Shown here piece after piece: positions 9,902-18,970 of a stretch of DNA of 64,000 nucleotides. Made by a program: the position numbers and the translations under genes. The DNA lies in NCBI GenBank assembly GCA_049510745.1, contig JBEKYR010000004.1, forward strand, positions 64,001 through 128,000, written 5' to 3'. Under the pieces are notes generated by a model. That model was given only the letters and a program-made list of their open reading frames with translations, was not told the origin of the DNA and searched no databases. The DNA comes from Verrucomicrobiota bacterium. GTDB taxonomy: Bacteria > Verrucomicrobiota > Verrucomicrobiia > Limisphaerales > Palsa-1400. The stretch's first letter is position 1; the number at the start of each line of letters is the position of its first letter.

Positions 9902-10855
9902 ATGAATACTGTTCACCGGGTTTTGACTTCGTTGCTGGTCTGCGTCGCGTCCTCCGCTTTTGCCTGGGGCGACCAGGGGCATCGCACCACCGGCGCCATG
10001 GCCGACACGTTGATCGCCGGCACGCCGGCCGCCCAACACGTCCACGCGCTCCTGGGCGATGAGACACTTTGCGAGGCGTCCGTCTGGGCCGACGTGGTCA
10101 AAGGCCGCAACGATCAAACGGAGGAAATGCTCCAATTCAAAGCGGCCAACCCCAATCACTTCGTCTTCCATTACACGGACATCCCGTTCGAGGAACCGAA
10201 ATACCGCGACGACTCGATCGGCGCGACCAATGTCGATGTGGTCCACGCCATTCCCGCGTGCATCTTGATTTTGCAGGGGAAACCGGAGGCGCAAACGCTC
10301 TTCACCAACGTCAGCCCGCGCGTGGCGTTGCGGCTGCTGGTGCATTACATCGGGGACATCCACCAACCGCTGCACGTCGGGGCGGGCTATCTTGACAAGA
10401 CCAAATTCGTCGATCCCAACGGCTACGCGGGCCATTACAAGGACGACCAAGGGGCGAACCGGCTGCTGTTCGGCGGCACCAACAAACTGCACTTTTACTG
10501 GGACATCACCGTGGTGCAGCGGAACATGGCCAACGCGAACGCGCCGACCCCGCAGGACTATGCCGCCAAGCTGCTCGCCAGACCCGCTCCGCCCTGGAAG
10601 ACCTCGGGGCCGTTGCTGGAGTGGGACCGGGCCTGGGCCAACGAAAGCCTCGCTCTCTCGGCCAAAGTCCACGACGTCACGGTGGTGGATGAAGATGACA
10701 GCCAGGTGGACTATCGCACCGGCCAGCCGCGCCCGCAGTGGCACATCCAGGACCTCTCCCCCGCCTACCTCGATTGGTCCTGCAAGACGGCCGAGGAGCA
10801 AATGACCAAGGCCGGCTATCGAGTGGCGGCGACGCTGGAAGCCATCTGGCCGTGA
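9902..10855 (+). CDS. Secreted S1/P1 nuclease
   Basis: Signal peptide then WGDQGH; WAD; HYTDIP; LVHYIGDIHQPLH; LHFYWD zinc-binding motifs. Confidence 0.9.
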   Translation: MNTVHRVLTSLLVCVASSAFAWGDQGHRTTGAMADTLIAGTPAAQHVHALLGDETLCEASVWADVVKGRNDQTEEMLQFKAANPNHFVFHYTDIPFEEPKYRDDSIGATNVDVVHAIPACILILQGKPEAQTLFTNVSPRVALRLLVHYIGDIHQPLHVGAGYLDKTKFVDPNGYAGHYKDDQGANRLLFGGTNKLHFYWDITVVQRNMANANAPTPQDYAAKLLARPAPPWKTSGPLLEWDRAWANESLALSAKVHDVTVVDEDDSQVDYRTGQPRPQWHIQDLSPAYLDWSCKTAEEQMTKAGYRVAATLEAIWP

Positions 10856-10873
10856 GCGGGATTTCGATTTCCT

Positions 10874-11515
10874 TCAGTTAAGCGGGTGGTAATCCTTCGT
10901 CCCGCCGAGTTGTTGATATTCTCTGAGCAGGACGCTGAAACGCTCGCGCGCCTTGTTGTAGTCGCTTTGAGCCTTCTGCGCCGTTTCGTCGGCGCTTTTC
11001 ACCGCGAACGGATTGGAGTTTCCCGGAAATTGGCGGTGCGCCAGGGTGCGGCTTCGTTCCGTCGTCGCCGCCCACACGCGGGCTTGCTCGACCACGTTGA
11101 TCTGCTGGCGCACGGCTTGCTCGGCCCGCGTCAAGTCGGTCATTTTCTGCCAGGCGCCGGGGTCGGCTTGGACGATCGGCTCTTCCGGCGGGGCCGGCGA
11201 CTCGATAAACTTGGTCTTGACGTAAGCCGCCCCCGCCAGCAAGGCGCCGACGATCAAGAAGGGGACAACACACTGCGCGACGGTTTTCCAATGAGGAAAA
11301 TCGCGCAGAAACAGGAAGAGGCCATGCGGGACCCAGGCCCATTTTCTGGCCGGCTTTTGATTGACGCGCAGGGCTTGGGCGCCGCCCTTGGGCGGAAGGG
11401 CGGGGAAAGTGATGGTGTTGCCGCAAATCGGACACTGGATTTGACGGCCGCAGTATCCGGCAGTGTAATCGACATGCTGCCCGCAATACGGACAGGAATG
11501 TTTGAAAGATTCCAT
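10874..11515 (-). CDS. Hypothetical membrane protein with N-terminal zinc ribbon
   Basis: CPYCGQH...CPICG, one TM helix, coiled-coil C-terminus. Confidence 0.7.
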   Translation of the reverse strand: MESFKHSCPYCGQHVDYTAGYCGRQIQCPICGNTITFPALPPKGGAQALRVNQKPARKWAWVPHGLFLFLRDFPHWKTVAQCVVPFLIVGALLAGAAYVKTKFIESPAPPEEPIVQADPGAWQKMTDLTRAEQAVRQQINVVEQARVWAATTERSRTLAHRQFPGNSNPFAVKSADETAQKAQSDYNKARERFSVLLREYQQLGGTKDYHPLN

Positions 11516-11528
11516 AACCGTCCTCGCA

Positions 11529-12512
11529 CTAGCGCGCAATTCTTAACCGAAAGAAGTCCAGAGCAACAGCAAAATCGGGGGGCAACGGCGCCTCGAAAAC
11601 CAGGCGCTGCCCCGTGCGGGGGTGAACCAGCGCCAGCCGCCGGGCATGGAGCAACTGCCGCGGCGCCGCATAACCGGTCGATTCTTTGAGCAGCGCATTG
11701 GCGCGCCGGCCATAAACAAGGTCTCCCACGACCGGGAATCCCAGGTGCCGCAAGTGGACGCGGACCTGGTGCGTCCGCCCGGTATGCAACCCCACTTCCA
11801 CCCAGCTTGCCTCGCGCCACCGCTCCAGGACGCGGTAGCTGCTGCGGGCTTCGCGTCCCGCCGCGACGGCGACGGCCATGCGTTTGCGCTGTGTCGGATG
11901 GCGGGCGATGGCGGCGTCGATCAGGCCGGTTTCGGGCGTCATGCGGCCGCACGCGATGGCGTGATAGACCTTCTCGACCTGGCGGCCGGCGAATTGGGCG
12001 CTGAGGTGGTGGTGAACAAAATCGTTTTTGGCCGCCACCAGGCAGCCGGTGGTGTCTTTGTCCAAACGATGGACCAAGCCGGGCCGGGCCACGCCGCCCA
12101 CGCCGCTGAGGCGGCCGGCGCAATGATGGAGCAAGGCGTTGACCAGGGTGTGCTCGTGATGGCCGGCGGCGGGATGCACGACCAGTCCCGCCGGTTTGTT
12201 CAGCACCACCATATCGTCGTCCTCGTAAAGGATGTCCAGCGGGATGTCCTCGGCCTGGGCCAAGGCGGGACGGGCCTCCGGCCATTGCAGGGTGAGGGTT
12301 TCGCCGGCGCGGGGATGGTGGGTGGGTTTGACAATGCGGCCATCGACGCGGATGGCGCCCTGGGCCAGGAGGCGCTGGAGGGCGGCGCGGGAAACGGCGG
12401 GCAGGCGGCGGCGGAGAAAGACATCCAACCGTTCCTGGGGAAGCGATTTGTCAATTATTATTTGTTGGGGAAGGTTCGTGGGGGCGCGCACTTTCTTGAG
12501 TAATTGCGCCAT
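11529..12512 (-). CDS. rluD: RluA/RluD-family pseudouridine synthase
   Basis: S4 domain, NKPAGLVVHP, HRLDKDTTG, TGRTHQVRVH. Confidence 0.9.
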   Translation of the reverse strand: MAQLLKKVRAPTNLPQQIIIDKSLPQERLDVFLRRRLPAVSRAALQRLLAQGAIRVDGRIVKPTHHPRAGETLTLQWPEARPALAQAEDIPLDILYEDDDMVVLNKPAGLVVHPAAGHHEHTLVNALLHHCAGRLSGVGGVARPGLVHRLDKDTTGCLVAAKNDFVHHHLSAQFAGRQVEKVYHAIACGRMTPETGLIDAAIARHPTQRKRMAVAVAAGREARSSYRVLERWREASWVEVGLHTGRTHQVRVHLRHLGFPVVGDLVYGRRANALLKESTGYAAPRQLLHARRLALVHPRTGQRLVFEAPLPPDFAVALDFFRLRIAR

Positions 12513-12517
12513 CCGCC

Positions 12518-13033
12518 TCAGGCCGCCACCTTCGCCCCGCCGCTGCGGGCGCCTTGGGACTCCTGTTTCCAGGAAATCAGGAGGAGCAATCCGACACCGA
12601 CGCAAATGGCGCTGTCGGCGATGTTAAAGGCCGGGAACCCAATCTCCGCGCCGCTGCGGCGCTGGAGATAAAAACGGAGAAAGTCGATGACTTGATGGTA
12701 ATGCAACCGGTCGAAGAGGTTGCCGGCGATGCCGCCAAAAATGAGGCCCAGCGAAATCTGGCCCGAAAGGGTCTGAATGTAGAAATGGTGGCGCCACAAG
12801 AACAGGCCGAGCAAGGCGAGGAGGGAAACGATGGCCAGGAGATCGTTGCGGTCGCGAAACAGGCTCCAGGCGGCGCCGGTGTTGGTCCAGTGGACGAATT
12901 TGAAAAAGCCGTTGATCATGACCCGCTCCTGGGTCGGCCCGAGAAAGCGCAGCACCACCCATTTGGCGGCTTGGTCGAGCACAAAAACCGCCAGGGCGAT
13001 TCCCCCCAGGCGGCGATTCGGAGTCCAGTTCAT
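12518..13033 (-). CDS. lspA: Lipoprotein signal peptidase II
   Basis: DQAAK, NTGAAWS, GNLFDRL, VIDF, FNIADSAI. Confidence 0.95.
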   Translation of the reverse strand: MNWTPNRRLGGIALAVFVLDQAAKWVVLRFLGPTQERVMINGFFKFVHWTNTGAAWSLFRDRNDLLAIVSLLALLGLFLWRHHFYIQTLSGQISLGLIFGGIAGNLFDRLHYHQVIDFLRFYLQRRSGAEIGFPAFNIADSAICVGVGLLLLISWKQESQGARSGGAKVAA

Positions 13034-13701
13034 CGTTTGTAAATCACCCGGGTTGCGGCCAGCAGATCGTGCAACGCCCGCTTGTCCGGTCGCAGGGCGA
13101 TGAGAAGGTAGCCGAAGCCGAATGTCAGATCGCTCAAGCGCGCCGCCAGCCAGCGGAGCAAGGCGCGGGTGTAGCCGATGGGCGAGCCGTCCTCCAGCGT
13201 GACGCGGGCGCCCACCGCCATCTTGCCAATCGTGGCCCCGTAGCGCCCGGTGAGCAGAACTTCATAAAGCAAAAACACCGGATACAGCACCGGCGCCGCC
13301 TGGTCCATCCAGACCGCCAGTTGCTGGCGGAATTGCTCCACCGCGGCGTCGGTCAGTTCCTGCGGGAAAACGGGCAGCGTCCAATGGTGCGCCTGGGCGA
13401 TGGGGGTCCAAATGACGAAGAAGATCGCGCCCCAGATCAACTGGTCCAGGATGCGGGCCGCCAGCCTTGCCCAAAACCCGCATGGCCGGACGCCTTGCGC
13501 CGCGGCGGCGGCCTGCAAACGCGCCAAATCCGCCCGCAACTCGGTATAGCGGTCGGCCTGCGCCCAGGCGGCCAAGTCGCTGCGCCAGACCCGGCTCATC
13601 CAGGCGACGCGCCCGTCACGAATCCAGCCTTTCACTTCGTCCAGCGTGGCCGGGCCGTATTCGGCGCCGTCGCCGCCGATTATTTTATAGTGTACGTCCA
13701 T
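13030..13701 (-). CDS. RDD family protein with N-terminal GYF_2-like domain
   Basis: YKIIGGDGAEYGP...WIRDGR; GFWARLAARILD...ATIGK...KRALHDLLAATRV. Confidence 0.85.
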   Translation of the reverse strand: MDVHYKIIGGDGAEYGPATLDEVKGWIRDGRVAWMSRVWRSDLAAWAQADRYTELRADLARLQAAAAAQGVRPCGFWARLAARILDQLIWGAIFFVIWTPIAQAHHWTLPVFPQELTDAAVEQFRQQLAVWMDQAAPVLYPVFLLYEVLLTGRYGATIGKMAVGARVTLEDGSPIGYTRALLRWLAARLSDLTFGFGYLLIALRPDKRALHDLLAATRVIYKR

Positions 13702-13726
13702 GGCGCAAAGGGGCAAAGGAGGCGTC

Positions 13727-14113
13727 TCACGGGGCGATTTGCCCGGCATAGGCTTGCGGGCTGAGCAAACGGTCCAGTTCCGCCGGCTGCGCCAGTTTCA
13801 ATTTGAAAAACCACCCGGCCTGGTAAGGATCGCGGTTGACCAGTTCGGGATGCCGCGCCAGTTCCTGGTTCACGGCCACGACTTCGCCGCCGACCGGCGC
13901 GTAAATATCGCTGGCCGTCTTGACCGATTCCACCACCGCGCAGGCTTCGCCGGCCTTGAACGTGCGCCCGACGGCGGGCAACTCGACAAAGACCACATCG
14001 GTCAATTCGCGCTGGGCGTGATCAGTGATGCCGATGGCGGCGGTTTCGCCTTCGAGGCGGACCCATTCGTGGGATTTGGTGTATTTCAAATCAGCCGGAA
14101 TATTTTCGCTCAT
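13727..14113 (-). CDS. gcvH: Glycine cleavage system H protein
   Basis: [27 protein letters not shown] lipoyl-lysine motif. Confidence 0.95.
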   Translation of the reverse strand: MSENIPADLKYTKSHEWVRLEGETAAIGITDHAQRELTDVVFVELPAVGRTFKAGEACAVVESVKTASDIYAPVGGEVVAVNQELARHPELVNRDPYQAGWFFKLKLAQPAELDRLLSPQAYAGQIAP

Positions 14114-14178
14114 ATTTTTCGGCCCTAGCTTATGCGATTAAAACCGCTTGGAAATCTTTTTTAAACGCGCGGCCCTGC

Positions 14179-14490
14179 TCAGGCCCCAGGCGGACGGAAG
14201 GGAATCCGATCTCTCCAGTAGCCGGGTTCACGGCTCAAGTGCATCACGGCCACGATAAGGACATATCCCTCCTCGATTGTATAGAGAACGCCATAAGGAA
14301 ACCGATGCACCAAGCATCGGCGGATATCGTCTTCCAGACAACGCCATCGATCCGGCGCCTGTAGGATCCGCGCGATTGCCGCGTCCACTTCCTTTGTGAA
14401 ATCAGCCCCAAGACCGGGCACGCGTTCATCGTAATGCAGAGCGGCATCGGCATACTCGCCGAGGGCGCCGGGGTGGTAGATGAACCTCAT
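14179..14490 (-). CDS. RelE/ParE-family toxin
   Basis: YHPGALGEY...IRRCLVHRFPYGVLY...IVAVMHLSREPGYWRDR. Confidence 0.88.
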   Translation of the reverse strand: MRFIYHPGALGEYADAALHYDERVPGLGADFTKEVDAAIARILQAPDRWRCLEDDIRRCLVHRFPYGVLYTIEEGYVLIVAVMHLSREPGYWRDRIPFRPPGA

Positions 14491-14720
14491 CCGCCAACCA
14501 GCTTTCGAACCATCGCCGAACCCTCCTCACCGGGAATCCCAGCCACCGCGCCTGAGCGAATCTCATCACGCCGTTTCCTGGCCAAGGCGAGCCATGCTGT
14601 CTGCGCCGCTGCGTCCTGCGGGACGGCCAGACTTTCCACCAGCCTCTCGGCCAATTCTGCCCGCTCATTATCTGCCAACGCCATCGCCTGCGCCTCAATT
14701 TGGTCAAAAGTGTTCGCCAT
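14487..14720 (-). CDS. Addiction-module antitoxin
   Basis: ALADNERAELAERLVESL...AWLALARKRRDEIRSG; 4-bp overlap with the toxin gene. Confidence 0.85.
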   Translation of the reverse strand: MANTFDQIEAQAMALADNERAELAERLVESLAVPQDAAAQTAWLALARKRRDEIRSGAVAGIPGEEGSAMVRKLVGG

Positions 14721-14785
14721 ACCGGTAATTTACTGCCGGAACGAAGGACTGTAAAACCGAAAAGAACGGAAACTCAAAACAACCC

Positions 14786-15925
14786 CTAGCCCGAAGCGCC
14801 GGCGCGGGCCGGCCGATAGATTGGCCGCGAGACGATGACGGCAGGAACACGCTGGCTGCGGATTTCAATGGCAATGGCGGTGTTGGCTGGAGAGAATGCC
14901 GGAGCCACGTATCCCATTCCGATGCCCAAGCCGAGGGACGGACTTTGCGTGCCGCTGGTCACGCGCCCAATCGGCGCGGTCCCGCCCGACGCGCTCCAGA
15001 TGGGATACTGCGGCCGGGGCGGAGCGGAGCGCCCGGCCATTTTGAAGGCGGCCAGTTTTTTGGCGGGGCCTCTGGCCTTTTGCTCCGCCAACACAGCCCG
15101 CCCGACGAAGTCGCCTTTGCCAAGGGCAACGAAGAAGCCCAAACCCGCTTCCAGCGGCGTGGTCTCTTCGTCCAGTTCATGCCCGTAAAGCGGATAGCAA
15201 GCTTCGGTGCGCAGCGTGTCGCGCGCCCCAAGGCCGGCGGGTTTGAGGCCGAAGGGGCGGCCCGCCTCCAACAGGGTGTTCCACAGGGTTTCGATCGTTT
15301 CCGCCGGGGCCACCGCCTCGAACCCATCCTCGCCGGTGTAGCCGGTGCGCGAAAGCAGGACGCTTTGGCCGGCGAAGCTCAGGCGGGTGATTTCATTTTT
15401 CCGCAAGGCCGACGCCGTTGGCGAGGCCGCCGGAAAGCAACTGTCAATAAAACTGTGCGCCCGCGGCCCCTGCACGGCCACGGCAGCAAGTTCCTCCGAG
15501 CGGTTTTGCAGTGCGACCGCCCGCCGGCCGGCAAAGCCCGCCCACTGGCTCTCCAGCCACGCCACATCGGCCTGGAGGCGCGAGGCGTTGACCACCAGCA
15601 AATAATCCCCGGCGCCAAGCTGGTAAAGGTAAAGATCGTCGATGGCGCCGCCGCGCGGATTGCACAGCAAGGTGTATTGGCCCTGGCCGGGCTGCAATTT
15701 GCGCGCGTCATTAGTCAGGACGGAGTTGAGGAAATCCAGGGCGCCGGCGCCGCGGACGGAGACCTCGCCCATGTGCGAAATGTCAAAAATCCCGGCGGTC
15801 GAGCGGACCGCCCGGTGCTCCTCGAGGATGCTCGTGTAGCAGAGCGGCATTTCCCAGCCGCCAAACTCCACCAGGTGCGCTCCCAGTTTTTGGTGGACGG
15901 AATAGAGGGGAGTTCTTTTGAGCAT
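14786..15925 (-). CDS. gcvT: Glycine cleavage system T protein (aminomethyltransferase)
   Basis: MLKRTPLY...FGGWEMP, FDISHMG, SRTGYTGEDGFE, GLGARDTLRTEA; true start 15925, not 16405. Confidence 0.95.
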   Translation of the reverse strand: MLKRTPLYSVHQKLGAHLVEFGGWEMPLCYTSILEEHRAVRSTAGIFDISHMGEVSVRGAGALDFLNSVLTNDARKLQPGQGQYTLLCNPRGGAIDDLYLYQLGAGDYLLVVNASRLQADVAWLESQWAGFAGRRAVALQNRSEELAAVAVQGPRAHSFIDSCFPAASPTASALRKNEITRLSFAGQSVLLSRTGYTGEDGFEAVAPAETIETLWNTLLEAGRPFGLKPAGLGARDTLRTEACYPLYGHELDEETTPLEAGLGFFVALGKGDFVGRAVLAEQKARGPAKKLAAFKMAGRSAPPRPQYPIWSASGGTAPIGRVTSGTQSPSLGLGIGMGYVAPAFSPANTAIAIEIRSQRVPAVIVSRPIYRPARAGASG

Positions 15926-15936
15926 AAATCGGTTTT

Positions 15937-16653
15937 CTATCCCCACTTCTCGGTCTTCATCTGTTCCTTGGAGACGCGCAGTTCTTCCAGCACCAGGTTT
16001 TCGGTCGCCTCGACCAGCGGGTTCGGCCCGCAAGCGTAGAAGACGGTCTGGGAAAGGTCGGTCACGTGCTGGCGGATCCAGGGGGCATCGATGCGTCCGC
16101 GGCGTCCGGCCCACGGATCGTCCGGGGCCAGGCGGGTGCAGGTGACCAGGAATTTGAAATGGGGATTCTCCTGTTCCAACTGGCGGAATTCCGGTCCGAA
16201 GATGATGTCGCATGCCGTGCGCACACTGTAAAGCACGGTGATTTTCGTGGCGAGCCGGCGGCGCGCCGCCTCGCGCGCGAATGCGCGGAAGGGCGTCACG
16301 CCCGAACCGCCGGCGATGCAGACCAGGTGCTTGTCCGGCTCGAAGACAGGCAGAAACCTGCCCGTGGGCGGGATGACCCAAAGCCGGTCGCCGGGTTTGA
16401 CCCAATCGACGATGCGGGTGCCCATTTTGCCGTCGCGCTTGATGGTCACTTCGTAAAAGCCGCGGTCGAGGCAGGAGGAGGAGAGGGAATAGGCGCGTTT
16501 GTAGGAGGGGGCGTCGGCGAAGTAAAGGGTGATGAACTGGCCGGTTTTGAATTCGACATCATACCCCTCCGGCCACTTCAACTTCAAAGTCTTGGTGTCC
16601 GGCAACTCCATCGTGGCCGCCTCGACGGCCATTTCAACAATCTGTTTGCCCAT
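15937..16653 (-). CDS. Ferredoxin-NADP reductase-like FAD/NAD(P)-binding oxidoreductase
   Basis: FKTGQF, RAYSLSS, IAGGSGVTPF, YACGP motifs; no 2Fe-2S domain. Confidence 0.85.
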   Translation of the reverse strand: MGKQIVEMAVEAATMELPDTKTLKLKWPEGYDVEFKTGQFITLYFADAPSYKRAYSLSSSCLDRGFYEVTIKRDGKMGTRIVDWVKPGDRLWVIPPTGRFLPVFEPDKHLVCIAGGSGVTPFRAFAREAARRRLATKITVLYSVRTACDIIFGPEFRQLEQENPHFKFLVTCTRLAPDDPWAGRRGRIDAPWIRQHVTDLSQTVFYACGPNPLVEATENLVLEELRVSKEQMKTEKWG

Positions 16654-17034
16654 ACCAGGTTGCCATTTTCATCAAGCGCACAAAGGTAAGGCGCGCCACT
16701 CATTCGTAAAGGATTTTTCGGCGGCGGTTCAAACCGGCAAAACTTTCCCCATGCTTGACCGGGCCGCCAGATCAAGCCCGCAGCAGGGATCGTGCCAATC
16801 ACAGGCACCTGTTTTGGTTATAGTCATCCGGGCACTATCCTATTGCAACCTCCCGCCAAGAGGCGCATATTGTGTCCATGCCCGTCAATTGCGGAACGGA
16901 GGTTCTATCGGCGGCGCGAGCGCCATTGCGCCGGCGGGGTCGTCTGCCCAACGCTTCCGACTGTGGGGACGGGCTTTGTCGTCAGTTTAAATGACGTGAC
17001 ATTGGAGCATCGCAGACCTATCTTATTTAAGAAT

Positions 17035-17952
17035 ATGAACCCAAAAATGACGCCTCATGATGAGCGACCGGTCGGATTCACCCTTATCGAGTTGCTGGTT
17101 GTAATCGCCATCATCGCCATCCTTGCCGCCCTTTTGCTGCCGGCCCTGTCTATCGCGAAGGACAACGCTGTGAAAACGACGTGTACCAATAATCAAAAAC
17201 AAATGGGAACCGCCAACCGGATGTATTGCGATGATAACCGCGATTTTCTGGCCTTTAATAATTGGGACGACGCGGGAAACGCCGGCGCGGACCAGCCGGG
17301 CGGAGGCTGGCTTTATACGCTTAAAAACTGGGCAAACAGCACTACATATCCCATGCCGGATCCGTTTATGGCCCCGTGGTTAGCTTCCCCGGAGACGGCT
17401 TGGGCGGGCGGAATGAATGGCCAGCCAGGCGGACTTTGGTTCAACTACACTCATAACCCGAACTCCTACCTTTGCCCGAAGGATATTATGAGCAGCGATT
17501 ACGCAAAAGAGCCGAAAGGCGACAACGGACCCGGGCGGAATAACAAGCTTTCGAGCTATGTACAGAACGGCGCGGTGTGCGGTTTCGCGGAGGCCTCGGC
17601 GGCCACCACGGTACCCTACAACACTTGCAAAAGCACCCAGGTTTGGAGTCCGTTGTGTTATTTGATGTGGGAACCGGATGAGAACACCTTGGGTCCTGGG
17701 AATCCAGGGCCGCATGAATTCAACGATGGCGCAAATTTCCCGTCCGCGCCGCCTTATGGCGAAGAAGGAATCGGCCCGCTCCACACCAAAAAATGCGGAA
17801 ATATTCTCGCTTTGGATGGCCACGTGGATTTCATGGCGACAAACGTGTTCAACAGGATTGCCAACAATCGTGGCCCCGGGCCTGGCGGGAAAGGATTGCT
17901 TTGGTGGAGTCCTTGGCAGGGCGATGGCGGGTTTTCGGAAAGTGGTGAGTAA
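17035..17952 (+). CDS. Prepilin-type N-methylation protein (H-X10-DG variant), tandem paralog 1
   Basis: [40 protein letters not shown]. Confidence 0.88.
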   Translation: MNPKMTPHDERPVGFTLIELLVVIAIIAILAALLLPALSIAKDNAVKTTCTNNQKQMGTANRMYCDDNRDFLAFNNWDDAGNAGADQPGGGWLYTLKNWANSTTYPMPDPFMAPWLASPETAWAGGMNGQPGGLWFNYTHNPNSYLCPKDIMSSDYAKEPKGDNGPGRNNKLSSYVQNGAVCGFAEASAATTVPYNTCKSTQVWSPLCYLMWEPDENTLGPGNPGPHEFNDGANFPSAPPYGEEGIGPLHTKKCGNILALDGHVDFMATNVFNRIANNRGPGPGGKGLLWWSPWQGDGGFSESGE

Positions 17953-17962
17953 GAGGCCCTAT

Positions 17963-18853
17963 ATGTTGCTTAAGAATATGAAGCCAAAAATGACGCCTCC
18001 GGACGAGCGGCGACCCGTCAAACGGGTCGGATTCACCCTCATCGAGTTGCTGGTCGTAATTGCCATCATCGCCATCCTCGCCGCCCTTTTGCTGCCGGCC
18101 CTGTCTTCGGCCAAGGATAACGCCATGAGAACAACCTGTGTCAACAATCTGAAGACAATGGGACATGCCAACCGGATGTATTGCGATGAGAACCGCGATC
18201 TTATGGCCTTTCCCAATTGGGACAGCGGCGAGTATCTGTGGCCGGGCGGAGGCTGGCTTTATACGCTCAATGCCACCACCGCAACGATCCCGGATCCGTT
18301 TCTACCGAAGTACGGAGGAAGCACTGCGTTGGGAGCGGGTGGGGATTCGGCTTGGCTGAGCGGGCTTTGGTTCCACAATTGCCATAACCCGAAATCGTTC
18401 CTCTGCCCCAAGGATATCATGAGCAAGGATTACACCGCGGAGCCGCAAGGAGCGTACGGACCCGGCCGCAACAACAAGCTTTCAAGCTATGTCATGAACG
18501 GCGCGGCGTGCGGTTACCCGAGCGGCGGCCCTCCCTATACCACCTGTAAATCCACTCAGATTTGGAGCGCGGGGTGCTATCTCATGTGGGAGCCGGACGA
18601 GAACACCTTGGGACCGAACAACCCGGGACCTTTCGAGTTCAACGATGGAGCTAATTACCCCTGGGCACCGCCTACTGGCGGAGAGGGAATCGGTCCTCTC
18701 CACAACAAAAGAGGGGGGAATATTCTTGCGGTGGACGGCCACGTGCAGTTCCTGACGACCAACATGTTCCAGCACTTGTCGAACGACAGGGGCGGTGGTC
18801 CCGGCGGAAAAGGATTGCTCTGGTGGAGTCCCTTCTCACTCAATGGACATTGA
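17963..18853 (+). CDS. Prepilin-type N-methylation protein (H-X10-DG variant), tandem paralog 2
   Basis: GFTLIELL...; [15 protein letters not shown]; start at 17963 or 17978. Confidence 0.88.
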   Translation: MLLKNMKPKMTPPDERRPVKRVGFTLIELLVVIAIIAILAALLLPALSSAKDNAMRTTCVNNLKTMGHANRMYCDENRDLMAFPNWDSGEYLWPGGGWLYTLNATTATIPDPFLPKYGGSTALGAGGDSAWLSGLWFHNCHNPKSFLCPKDIMSKDYTAEPQGAYGPGRNNKLSSYVMNGAACGYPSGGPPYTTCKSTQIWSAGCYLMWEPDENTLGPNNPGPFEFNDGANYPWAPPTGGEGIGPLHNKRGGNILAVDGHVQFLTTNMFQHLSNDRGGGPGGKGLLWWSPFSLNGH

Positions 18854-18970
18854 CGAGGTGTGCCCGGGCGACTCCCAAACAACTGCTTTTTGACTTCCCT
18901 CCCGGCCTCCAGTCCCGCATCATTTCCGCTCATCAAACGAAAAAACCTGAATTGTGACCAAATCTGAACG

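Noticed and set aside
9902..10855. S1/P1 nuclease as an anti-phage defence gene
   Set aside because: It has a signal peptide and no defence-island context; nucleic acid scavenging is more likely
15926..16405. N-terminal extension of gcvT in the ORF track, suggesting a fusion or frameshift
   Set aside because: It overlaps the intact reductase gene in another frame; GcvT has a canonical start at MLKRTPLY
16654..16800. Possible glycine riboswitch upstream of the gcv genes
   Set aside because: No glycine aptamer core motifs visible on the minus strand
17035..18853. Diversity-generating retroelement template/variable pair in the prepilin paralogs
   Set aside because: Both copies are full ORFs, differences include indels and all base types, and no reverse transcriptase is in the window
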